A stretch of 64,000 nucleotides of DNA from Flavobacteriales bacterium (GTDB lineage: Bacteria > Bacteroidota > Bacteroidia > M30B66): NCBI GenBank assembly GCA_046294625.1, contig JBKBKN010000020.1, positions 1-64,000 of the forward strand, written 5' to 3'. Each line of letters opens with the position of its first letter. Within the stretch, counting starts at the first letter, position 1. Below the pieces are notes generated by a model. The model saw nothing but the letters and a program-made list of their open reading frames with translations. It was not told where the DNA came from and made no database searches. The position numbers were made by a program, and so were the translations under genes. This document shows, piece by piece, positions 51,070 to 60,325 of this stretch.

Positions 51070-52145
51070 AAAGCATCATCGATCAATACATTATCAGGAA
51101 ATTTCTGAGCACATTTTTCTTTGCCATACTACTTATTGTAGTGATTGCAGTGATTTTTGATCTCACCGAAAAGATGGATGATATCATTGAAAAGGAAATA
51201 CCCATCAAAGTGCTGGTATTCGATTACTATTTCAATTTCATCCCCTATTTCGCCAATCTTTTCAGTCCGCTATTCGTCTTCATTTCAGTGATATTTTTCA
51301 CATCAAAAATGGCCAATCAGACAGAGATTGTAGCCATTCTGAGCAGCGGAATGAGTTTTGGAAGGTTGTTAAGACCATATATCTTAAGTGCTACGTTTAT
51401 CGGACTTTTTTCTTTTGTACTCGATGGTTTTATCATTCCGCACGCCAATGCCAAACGGATCAATTTTGAAAACACTTACATGCGTTCGGCTTGGTTTAGA
51501 AATGGCTTTAATGTGCACCGACAAGTTGCTCCTGGAAATTATGTCTACATAGAATCATTTAATGTTGAGTCCAACACGGGCTATAGATTTACCTATGAAG
51601 TGATGAAAGATGGTATGCTCGAATATAAGCTTCGGTCTGAATATCTTCGTTGGGATACCCTAAGCAATATATGGAAACTTGAAAACTACACTGAGCGATT
51701 TATTGATGGTGATCAGGAGCGGCTTATCAGAGGCATGCACAAGGACACCAGTTTCAATTTCACCCGCGATGAGTTTGGAAAATATGAGCGTAGTGTGGAG
51801 ACCATGGATTTGTTTTCGCTTAATGATTTTATTGAGTCGGAGCGAATGAAAGGAAGCGATCAGCTTGAATTCTATTTATTAGAAAAATACAAGCGTTGGG
51901 CTAATCCATTTGCCACTATCATTCTCACGCTGATTGCAGCTGCGCTTGCCAGCCGTAAGGTTAGGGGAGGTGTAGGTTTGCATATTGGTATGGGGCTTGG
52001 CATAGCATTTACTTACATTCTGCTGATGCAAATATCCAGTGTGTTTGCAACAGCTGGTGGACTCGACCCTTTCATTGCTGCCTGGATGCCTAATATTCTC
52101 TATTTTAGTCTGAGCTTGTGGCTTATTTACAAAGCACCTAAGTAA
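51066..52145 (+). CDS. LptF/LptG-family LPS export permease
   Basis: YjgP/YjgQ topology: 3 TM helices, a large periplasmic beta-jellyroll, then 3 TM helices. 359 aa. Overlaps the tgt stop. Confidence 0.7.
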   Translation: MKSIIDQYIIRKFLSTFFFAILLIVVIAVIFDLTEKMDDIIEKEIPIKVLVFDYYFNFIPYFANLFSPLFVFISVIFFTSKMANQTEIVAILSSGMSFGRLLRPYILSATFIGLFSFVLDGFIIPHANAKRINFENTYMRSAWFRNGFNVHRQVAPGNYVYIESFNVESNTGYRFTYEVMKDGMLEYKLRSEYLRWDTLSNIWKLENYTERFIDGDQERLIRGMHKDTSFNFTRDEFGKYERSVETMDLFSLNDFIESERMKGSDQLEFYLLEKYKRWANPFATIILTLIAAALASRKVRGGVGLHIGMGLGIAFTYILLMQISSVFATAGGLDPFIAAWMPNILYFSLSLWLIYKAPK

Positions 52146-52180
52146 TTCATATCACATAAAGTAATCAAATTGAAAGCACT

Positions 52181-52726
52181 ATGAAAAAAATATTTTCCTA
52201 CTTTATAAAAGGTATGCTGTTGATTGCACCGATTGGCATCACAGTGTTTATTGTTTGGAAAACCTTTGTTTTCGTTGGCAGCCTGCTACCTGAAGAGTTT
52301 CCCTGGCTTGCCGGCATATCAATGGTGGTGATTATTACTTTATTAGGCTTTTTAGCCACCACCTATATCCAAGCACCGCTCTCACGTGCATTAGAAAAAA
52401 CGATTGAGCGCATTCCATTAGTTAAAGTTATTTACACCGCTATTCGCGATTTGCTCGGCGCTTTTGTGGGTAATGAGAAAAGGTTTACTAAAGCGGTAAT
52501 GGTGCGCATGAGCAAGGAGAATGAAATTTATAAATTAGGTTTTATCACACAAGATAATTTAGAACACCTCGGTATTCCTGATGGTAAATCTGCTGTTTAT
52601 TTGCCTCATTCCTATAATTTTTCTGGCAATCTTTTTATTGTTTCAAATGATTTAATCACCCCCATCGATAAACCATCGGATGAAACCATGAAGTTTATTG
52701 TGTCAGGAGGGATAACGAAGCTTTAA
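52181..52726 (+). CDS. DUF502-family membrane protein
   Basis: Two N-terminal TM helices (LLIAPIGITVFIVW ...) and a conserved soluble tail. Family assignment from memory. Confidence 0.4.
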   Translation: MKKIFSYFIKGMLLIAPIGITVFIVWKTFVFVGSLLPEEFPWLAGISMVVIITLLGFLATTYIQAPLSRALEKTIERIPLVKVIYTAIRDLLGAFVGNEKRFTKAVMVRMSKENEIYKLGFITQDNLEHLGIPDGKSAVYLPHSYNFSGNLFIVSNDLITPIDKPSDETMKFIVSGGITKL

Positions 52727-52906
52727 AATTTGGGCAAATTTAGTTTTTTGATAAACTCATAACCTGTATTAAAATGTTCTAGGCTACACAATCATCATAT
52801 AATAGCACGAATGGCAAGTGTAATTAATGTCGAGTTTCTAAAAGTTGACTCTTTTTTGCACTTTGGTATAATGCGGCTTGAATAAAGCGGTTTAAAATAC
52901 CTATGT

Positions 52907-55900
52907 TTGAACTTTTCTTATCAAATGGCGAATCAAAAAAACTTTCAGGTTTACAAGGCATCGGCAGGCTCGGGCAAAACTTCGCGAATGGTGCAGGAAT
53001 ATCTGATACTTGCCTTAGGAAATGAGAATCCGGCTTATTTTAAAAAGATATTAGGCATTACTTTTACTAACAAAGCTGCCAATGAGCTGAAAGAAAGAAT
53101 TGTGCATACGCTGCAATCTATATGCGAACTACCGGTAGCAGAATTTCAAAACAAATACTTTATCAAACCTTTGCTTGATGAGCTTAATATCAGTGCCACA
53201 GAATTGAAAAAAAGAGCAGAGGCAACTTTGAAAATTATGCTCCACCAGTATTCGGAGCTCTCTGTCGGCACCATCGACAGTTTTATGCATCGATTGGTAA
53301 GAGCTTTTTCAAGAGATTTGAATTTGCCCATGAATTTTCAGGTAGAATTGGATGCCGATTTACTGCTCAATGAAGCCATCGAAAGCTTGATCGCTCAAGT
53401 GGGCATTGATGAAAAAATTACTACCAACCTTCGAGATTTTATTATTGAAAGACTTGATGATGAAAGAAGTTTTAGAGTAGAAGACGAGATAAAAAACATG
53501 GCCAAACAGCTCTTCAGTGATGAGAGCATCGAATATGTTAGAAAACTGGAACACATCACAGCGGCAGAGTTTGACAATGCAAGAAAACAGTTAAAAGGCC
53601 AAACCAGAATATTTGAAAATGAAGTGAAGCGCCTTCGCGATGCAATGATGGAAATTTTGAATAAACATGGTTTGGAGGTTGAAGACTTCGCTTATGGAAA
53701 TAGTGGAATAGGGGGATTCATTAATAAGTGTTATGACAAACTTACTTCGGAAGGTATGCTCATTCCAGGTAAAAGAGTACTTGAAGCACCCCAAACTCCG
53801 TTTTGGACTTCCGCAAAGCAGGAGCAACAAATAGTCGAAAAAGCTGTAAAAGCCAGAGATGAAATACTTCCTTATTTGCTGGAGTTACTCGATTTACTCG
53901 ATGAGCCTCAAGGAAAGTATATCATTCAATCGATGATTTTGAATCAGCTTCATGCTTTGTCCTTACTTAATGATCTCCGCCAGATTCTTTCCGACATCAG
54001 AAAAGAATCAGGGCGGGTGCATATTTCTGAATTTAATAAAAGGGTTCTCCATATAGTTGCCACGGAAACTGTTCCTTTCATATATGAACGTCTGGGTGAA
54101 AGATATAATCACATACTTATCGATGAGTTTCAGGATACTTCGGTGGCGCAATGGCACAATCTCATGCCTTTAATTGAAAATGCCATTTCTAAAGGATTTA
54201 AAAGCATGATTGTAGGCGATGGCAAGCAAGCCATTTACCGATGGCGAGGTGGATTTGCCGAACAGTTTACTGCGCTACCGGAGATGCAACCCCACTCAAA
54301 CGATGAAATAGTTATTGAGCGATTTGCGCAATTGCAGTTTGCCTACGAACAGCAACAATTAGTGACTAACAGGCGGAGTTGCAAAGAAATCGTAGAATTT
54401 AACAATCGATTTTTCAAAAAACTCAGTCAAGAAACGCAATATACCGAAGCACTCCGTTCCATTTATGAAGACATTGCTCAGGAAGCTGTTCAGGAAAAGC
54501 AGGGTGGACTGGTCAGAATTGAATATTTGCCCTATAAATCTGGTCATCGGGAAGAATTCAGAGCTTTAATATTTGAGAAAACGATTTCACTCATTCGCGA
54601 TTTAATCATAGAACAGAACTATGAATATAAAGACATTGCTTTATTAACACGTGGTAATCGCGATGCAAGTGAATTGGCTGCATGGCTATTGGAAAATGAA
54701 ATTCCTGTAATTTCCTCAGAAGCATTGCTCATCAACAATTCACCTGATGTCCAATTCTTATTGGCATGGCTAGATAGTGTTCGCCATCCTGAGAAGCATT
54801 CACCGATTATTGTTATTTTGAATTACCTCGAACAGAAAAAAATTATTGACCAAGCTAAAGGTAAAACTGAATTTTTTAAGTCAATTTTCAATCTAGAGCT
54901 GCTCTTAAGCTTCCTGCGTTCACATCAGATAAAATTGGACAAAATAGAGCTCAGCAGTTTGACCATGTTTGAACTTTGTCATTTGCTTTGCCGAAGTTTT
55001 AATATTTCCACTTCCGACAACGCTTTTGTAAGATTTTTTCTTGAGCACATCTGGCAAAGGACAATTAAAGATGGCAATGATGTAGCCACCTTTATGTCCT
55101 GGTGGGAAGAGAAAAAATCAAGTCTCTCCATTATTACCCCATCAGACGCCAATGCAGTAAAAATCATGACCATTCACAAAAGTAAGGGACTTCAATTTCC
55201 GGTGGTCATTATTCCATTTGGCATTGAAACCCAATCAAAAGCTAGTCTGATATGGCTTGATGCTGCTATGGAAACCGATGGAATTCTACCCGTGGCTTTG
55301 ACCAAATTGAATGCCGGGCTAAATTACACCAGATTTGCAGAACTTTATCAGAAGGAGTTGAATAGAAGATTACAGGATGCTGCTAACCTTCTCTATGTGG
55401 CATTTACCAGACCCGAAGACGCATTATTTGTATTTACTTCTAACGGCAGGAAAGACAATGTTTGGGAGCCTATGCTCCATTTAATCCCTGAAGAAAAGCC
55501 GGAAAAAGAAAAGGAAGTTATTTATCATATTGGAGCTAAACAGGTAAAAGGACGTTCAGTAAATGCAAAAGCTATTATTCAAAAAGATGGTTTGTTTAGC
55601 CAGCTTCCGCATGTTTTTGCCAATTCATGGCGAAATCGATTAAGCTTGAGCACCGATACTTCAAAGCTTTATTTTATTCATGAAGGTTCTAGCGCTCAAT
55701 CTAACGGTAATTTGATTCATGCTATATTAGAAGAAATCAAGCATGAAAACGATTTAGTTAAAGTGCTTCATTCGTTTGAAGAAAAAGGATTGATTTCGGT
55801 TGCGCAAAAACCTGTTATGCAAGATTATATCACGCAAATTTTTGCCCATCCTGATTTGAAAAATGCTTTTCATAGAGAAACTGAGGTTAAGAATGAACAA

Positions 55901-56119
55901 ACCATTGTTTTCCCTGATGGAACAATAAGACGACCAGATCGAATTGTTAAAATTGGTCAGATTTGGAAAGTAATTGACTTCAAAACCGGCCTGAAACGAC
56001 CTGAACATGAGAAGCAAGTTAGGGAATATCAAAAGGCGTTGATTCAGATGACAGGAGCTACAGTTCAAGCTTATTTGGTATATGTGGGAGCTAATCTGGA
56101 AGTAGTCTCGCTAAATTAA
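52907..56119 (+). CDS. UvrD/REP-type SF1 helicase fused to C-terminal PD-(D/E)XK (RecB-family) nuclease; AddA/RecB-like
   Basis: Walker A ASAGSGKT, motif Ia TFTNKAANE, and DEFQDTS (motif II, the DExQD-like box). The C-terminal RecB-nuclease signature is PDRIVKIG...WKVIDFKTG (hhDYKT-like) with an upstream acidic residue. 1070 aa. Confidence 0.7.
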   Translation: MNFSYQMANQKNFQVYKASAGSGKTSRMVQEYLILALGNENPAYFKKILGITFTNKAANELKERIVHTLQSICELPVAEFQNKYFIKPLLDELNISATELKKRAEATLKIMLHQYSELSVGTIDSFMHRLVRAFSRDLNLPMNFQVELDADLLLNEAIESLIAQVGIDEKITTNLRDFIIERLDDERSFRVEDEIKNMAKQLFSDESIEYVRKLEHITAAEFDNARKQLKGQTRIFENEVKRLRDAMMEILNKHGLEVEDFAYGNSGIGGFINKCYDKLTSEGMLIPGKRVLEAPQTPFWTSAKQEQQIVEKAVKARDEILPYLLELLDLLDEPQGKYIIQSMILNQLHALSLLNDLRQILSDIRKESGRVHISEFNKRVLHIVATETVPFIYERLGERYNHILIDEFQDTSVAQWHNLMPLIENAISKGFKSMIVGDGKQAIYRWRGGFAEQFTALPEMQPHSNDEIVIERFAQLQFAYEQQQLVTNRRSCKEIVEFNNRFFKKLSQETQYTEALRSIYEDIAQEAVQEKQGGLVRIEYLPYKSGHREEFRALIFEKTISLIRDLIIEQNYEYKDIALLTRGNRDASELAAWLLENEIPVISSEALLINNSPDVQFLLAWLDSVRHPEKHSPIIVILNYLEQKKIIDQAKGKTEFFKSIFNLELLLSFLRSHQIKLDKIELSSLTMFELCHLLCRSFNISTSDNAFVRFFLEHIWQRTIKDGNDVATFMSWWEEKKSSLSIITPSDANAVKIMTIHKSKGLQFPVVIIPFGIETQSKASLIWLDAAMETDGILPVALTKLNAGLNYTRFAELYQKELNRRLQDAANLLYVAFTRPEDALFVFTSNGRKDNVWEPMLHLIPEEKPEKEKEVIYHIGAKQVKGRSVNAKAIIQKDGLFSQLPHVFANSWRNRLSLSTDTSKLYFIHEGSSAQSNGNLIHAILEEIKHENDLVKVLHSFEEKGLISVAQKPVMQDYITQIFAHPDLKNAFHRETEVKNEQTIVFPDGTIRRPDRIVKIGQIWKVIDFKTGLKRPEHEKQVREYQKALIQMTGATVQAYLVYVGANLEVVSLN

Positions 56120-56215
56120 TTTTTCGGTAAATATAGATTAGCGTTAAGTAATTCAGAAAAAAAATTATTTTTGCAGCCCGTTTAGAAAGCGTTCCTTCAT
56201 TTATTGAAATACTTA

Positions 56216-56289
56216 TGGCGAGGTAGCTCAGATGGTTAGAGCGCAGGATTCATAACCCTGAGGTCACGGGTTCAACTCCCGTCCTCGCT
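56216..56289 (+). tRNA. tRNA with CAT anticodon (tRNA-Met elongator, or tRNA-Ile2 if lysidinylated)
   Basis: Manual cloverleaf: acceptor GGCGAGG/CCTCGCT (G1-U72 wobble), D-arm GCTC-AGATGGTTA-GAGC, anticodon arm CAGGA-TTCATAA-CCCTG, T-arm ACGGG-TTCAACT-CCCGT, discriminator A. No encoded CCA. Followed by a T-run. Confidence 0.85.
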
Positions 56290-56385
56290 ACTTTTTTCTT
56301 CAATATCCGATTTATTTTCACAGCTTTCTTTTAGCATCTATTTCCCTGTTAGCTTTGCAATGTCATTTGCCCAACAACAGCATAA

Positions 56386-58410
56386 ATGGTTTTAGTATTT
56401 CAAACATTTCTGGCAGGAACAACAATTCCACCCTTAATCACGCAGATAAGCACAATTTTCGGTTTGGCAATTATTGTTTTATTGGTTTGTAATCGATTTA
56501 AAATTCCTACATTATTAGGTTTTTTAATCACAGGTGTGATTGCAGGGCCTGACTTCATTGGGCTGCTAAGCGCAGGCGATGATGTGAATCTATTTGCAGA
56601 AATTGGAATTATATTACTCCTGTTTACGATTGGGATTGAATTTTCGCTTAAAGACCTGATCAAAGCAAGAAGGCAGGTGCTTCAAGGTGGTACGTTACAG
56701 GTTTTTCTTACCATTATTATCGTTAGCATTTTAGGGGTGTTTCTAAAAATGCCGCTGCGAGAGTCTATTTTTCTGGGAATGTTATTTTCATTGAGCTCTA
56801 CCGCTATTGTTCTAAAATTGCTTCAGGATGGTGGTCGCTTGTCGAGTCCGGAAGGAAAAAGCACCATGTCTATCCTCATTTACCAGGATATTATTGTAGT
56901 GCCGATGATGTTGATTGTGCCTTATCTCGGCGGCGAGGCACAGGGATTTGACTGGGGTATCATTACCATGATTTTAAAAGGTATTATCACCGTAATTATC
57001 GTTATCATTCTATCTCGTGTAGTTATGCCGAAATTGCTTTTCGAGGTAGCTAAAAGTAAATCAAGTGAACTATTTCTACTTACGATTATAGTGGTATGTT
57101 TATCCGTGGCATGGTTAACTGCATTGATTGGATTATCTTTCTCACTTGGGGCCTTTCTTGCCGGTTTGATCATTTCTGAATCTGAGTATAGCCACGAAGC
57201 ATTTAGTACCATATTACCTTTCAGGGAAGTATTTACTTCTTTCTTTTTTATCTCCATTGGTCTATTGGTGGATATTGACTATATCGTTCATCACCCTTTC
57301 AAAATTGTAGCCATCACGTTAGCCGTTTTGATTGTTAAAGCATTGCTCACCACATTGGCTGTAGCAAGTTTAGGTAACACCCTGAGAGTAGCTTTATTGT
57401 CCGGTTTATTTTTATGTCAGGTTGGAGAGTTCTCATTCATATTGGCAGGTACAGGATTGATGTTTGATATTTTGGATAGAAATATTTATCAGCTTTTTTT
57501 ATCTGTTTCCATTCTTTCGATGGCGATCACACCAAACATGATCGTAGGCTCAGATCAAATTTCGCGTTGGCTTGGTCAGCGCCTAAAAACCAATAAACTA
57601 AGCAAACGATTTCAAAAAATTATTGAAGGCAAAGCGGCACAAAAGCCAAAGGAAAAAAATCTAAAAGATCACTTAATCATCATTGGAGTGGGAGAGACCG
57701 GTAAAAATCTAACCAAAGCCGCTCGAATGGCTGGTATTAAAGTGCTGGGAATAGACAATGATCCGGAAGTGGTGCTGGCTGCGCAAAGCAAACGTTTGGA
57801 TGTAATGTATGGCAATTCAGCCAACAGAATCCTTCTTGAACATGCTAATGTGCAGCAGGCTAGAGCTGTAGCCATCACTCATACGGAGTTAAACGATGTT
57901 TTGGCAACCATTAGGATGATTAGGAAAATGAATCCTGCAGTGTATGTCATTTCAAAGGCAAAACGTGTAAAAGATATGGCGGCACTGTATGATGCCGGTG
58001 CTGATGAAGTGGTGAGCGAAATTTTCGAAACATCTGTTGAAGTAATTACGCGAGTGCTTACGCACTACCTGGTGGGGAGAAATGAAATTGATGATTTTAT
58101 TGTGAAACTTCGAAATGTTAATTATGACATGATGCGCTCTATTCGCTATGAGCAGCGTGGATTACAGGATTATCGATTAGAGATTTCTGATACTGAAATC
58201 ATTACCATCAAAGTAAAAATGGGCTCTATGTTGATAGGGAAGAAACTAAACGAACTGCAGCTTCGAAATCTTTTTGGTGTTTCTATTCTGGCCATCAAAC
58301 GCGATGATGAAATTTCTCCTAATCCAGAGGGAGACTACATAATTCAAGAAAATGATATTCTCGTAATCTTTGGAACACATGAAGCAATCGACCGATTCTC
58401 TAGAATGTAG
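56386..58410 (+). CDS. CPA2-family monovalent cation:proton antiporter (KefB/KefC-like) with C-terminal RCK/TrkA-N and TrkA-C domains
   Basis: 12-13 TM helices with Kef-like motifs. Rossmann motif IIIGVGETGKNL (TrkA-N) and a C-terminal TrkA-C domain (ILAIKRDDEISPNP...DILVIFG). Confidence 0.8.
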   Translation: MVLVFQTFLAGTTIPPLITQISTIFGLAIIVLLVCNRFKIPTLLGFLITGVIAGPDFIGLLSAGDDVNLFAEIGIILLLFTIGIEFSLKDLIKARRQVLQGGTLQVFLTIIIVSILGVFLKMPLRESIFLGMLFSLSSTAIVLKLLQDGGRLSSPEGKSTMSILIYQDIIVVPMMLIVPYLGGEAQGFDWGIITMILKGIITVIIVIILSRVVMPKLLFEVAKSKSSELFLLTIIVVCLSVAWLTALIGLSFSLGAFLAGLIISESEYSHEAFSTILPFREVFTSFFFISIGLLVDIDYIVHHPFKIVAITLAVLIVKALLTTLAVASLGNTLRVALLSGLFLCQVGEFSFILAGTGLMFDILDRNIYQLFLSVSILSMAITPNMIVGSDQISRWLGQRLKTNKLSKRFQKIIEGKAAQKPKEKNLKDHLIIIGVGETGKNLTKAARMAGIKVLGIDNDPEVVLAAQSKRLDVMYGNSANRILLEHANVQQARAVAITHTELNDVLATIRMIRKMNPAVYVISKAKRVKDMAALYDAGADEVVSEIFETSVEVITRVLTHYLVGRNEIDDFIVKLRNVNYDMMRSIRYEQRGLQDYRLEISDTEIITIKVKMGSMLIGKKLNELQLRNLFGVSILAIKRDDEISPNPEGDYIIQENDILVIFGTHEAIDRFSRM

Positions 58411-58479
58411 TTTAATCAAATAGAATCAATGTTTTTTAACACGAAGAAAACGCTTAGGCTAAAATGGCTAGGATGGCGT

Positions 58480-58971
58480 TCAGATTTTACGATTAAATTC
58501 TTCCATCTTCTCATTCAGAATTTTGTAATCCAACTTGACCTGATTTTCTTTTAGATGCTCCATCACCGCCAAAGATTTATTGATTCTGCTTTGCACATTT
58601 TTAACCTTACCAATCATGTATAGGAGGCTTCTTTTCTTCCCTGCTGTGAGTTGATGAAAAAGCTGACTGCCAATTTCATCCTGCTGCATCACTTCTTCAA
58701 ATTCTTCAGGCATTTACATTCCGTATTCAATCTCGTCTTTAATTAAAGTAACATGAAATTGATCCAATAAATTCAAGTTTAGTTTGAGTCTAACTTCCTT
58801 ACTCATCATAATGAAGTAGCCATCTGAAGAAGGCATCAGAGCGCTATGCATGGTGTGCTAATGGTTTATGGTGCACAACACTCTTCGCTGCTTATCATGC
58901 ATAATTTGCATAGAAATTTCATCAGGAACAAGGAAGCGATAGCTTCCAAGACTTTCGTCAAATTTCTCCAA
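58480..58971 (-). pseudogene. YdeI/OmpD-associated (DUF1905-type) family gene interrupted by two in-frame stop codons
   Basis: A single minus-strand frame reads (TTG)EKFDESLGSYRFLVPDEISMQIMHDKQRRVLCTINH-TAG-HTMHSALMPSSDGYFIMMSKEVRLKLNLNLLDQFHVTLIKDEIEYGM-TAA-MPEEFEEV...KKRSLLYMIGKVKNVQSRINKSLAVMEHLKEN. The parts on either side of both stops (TAG at 58858-58860, TAA at 58714-58716) co-align with the YdeI family layout. There is no in-frame ATG at the 5' end. Confidence 0.55.
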
Positions 58972-58993
58972 CCGTGCTGTAAAACTTATTATG

Positions 58994-60325
58994 CTAATTG
59001 TTCTTGGGATTTAACATATCCCTTAACCAATCTCCTAAAAGGTTGAATGAGGTGACGGTCAAAAATATGGCTAGCCCTGGAAATATCACAAGCCACCAGG
59101 CATCAAACTGCTGTCGCCCGGAACTCAAAACAGAACCCCATGTAGAAACATCGTCTGGCACTCCAATACCCAAAAAGGAAAGACCAGATTCAAGCAAAAT
59201 AGCTGCAGCTACACTAAAAGCAATCTCGATCATCACAGGTGCAAATGCATTGGGCAAGGCATGCTTAAAAATTACTCCCCATTCTGAAATCCCTAAAGAC
59301 TTTGCCGCTTCTACGTATTCAAGCCTGCTTTGACGCATCATTTCCGCTCTAGTAAAACGGGCTATACCTGTCCAACTTGTCAATCCAATGATAGCAATAA
59401 CCAATCCCAGACTCTTATCTTTAAAAACCGCAGCAATAGTGATGATTATCAGAATGCGTGGAAGAGAATTCATAATCTCTATCAACCTGCTCACAATAGC
59501 ATCCACAGGGACATTTGTTTTGCGTTTTAGAAATGGAATAAAATGAAACAGTCTGCCCGATAGCATAAACAAAGCGAGAATGGCTATAAATACAGTAATG
59601 CTTAAAAGAAGATTGAAAATAGCACTACTATAACCTTCTTCGAAGCTTAAACTAAGTGAGGCAGAGCGAAAAATAAATGCATAGAAAATTGCGGGAAATA
59701 GTCCTAAAACACCGAAGTAATATGCTGATCTTGAAATTCGAAAACCGAAGTTTCCAAAATATCCGGCTAGGGCACCAAGCATAATTCCAATAGATGATGC
59801 AATGAATATGGATATAAGCCCCACTTGTAATGCCAATCTACTTCCGTGGATCAATGTAGCCAGAAGATCATTACCTACTTGATCAGTACCTAAATGATGT
59901 CTAAAGCGAAAGCTTGATTCAACTATTTGCCCGTTAGGCAATTTCATTTTCTGTAAATCTCCCGGTGAAACATAATCTCTGTTTAATTTATCGGGTTTTC
60001 CGGGCGAATAGGGGATCGGTGCAAATAGGATAAAATCCGTTTCTAGCGTTTTCCATTCCACTAAATCAAATTGTAAAATTTCTATGGCGCCTGTTTGCGG
60101 ATCAATAATAGAGTCGGTTCTCGTAGGGTTAATAATGTGAGAGACTGCCGGATAATATGAATGTCCTTTGTACTTAACATACAAGGGCTGATCTGTAGCA
60201 ATCAAATCGGCAAACAAGGCTAGAAAAAATATGTTGCCAATTACGATTAATGCAAAAATAACCTGTTTGCTGCTTTTCATCTTGGTGAGCCATTGACGTT
60301 GCTGATGGATTACAGGCGCTTTCAT
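58994..60325 (-). CDS. ABC transporter permease, OppC/DppC-like
   Basis: N-terminal TM helix, a ~130-aa periplasmic insert, then a 5-TM core with the EAA-like loop (LEYVEAAKSLGISEWGVIFKHALPNA). Confidence 0.75.
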   Translation of the reverse strand: MKAPVIHQQRQWLTKMKSSKQVIFALIVIGNIFFLALFADLIATDQPLYVKYKGHSYYPAVSHIINPTRTDSIIDPQTGAIEILQFDLVEWKTLETDFILFAPIPYSPGKPDKLNRDYVSPGDLQKMKLPNGQIVESSFRFRHHLGTDQVGNDLLATLIHGSRLALQVGLISIFIASSIGIMLGALAGYFGNFGFRISRSAYYFGVLGLFPAIFYAFIFRSASLSLSFEEGYSSAIFNLLLSITVFIAILALFMLSGRLFHFIPFLKRKTNVPVDAIVSRLIEIMNSLPRILIIITIAAVFKDKSLGLVIAIIGLTSWTGIARFTRAEMMRQSRLEYVEAAKSLGISEWGVIFKHALPNAFAPVMIEIAFSVAAAILLESGLSFLGIGVPDDVSTWGSVLSSGRQQFDAWWLVIFPGLAIFLTVTSFNLLGDWLRDMLNPKNN

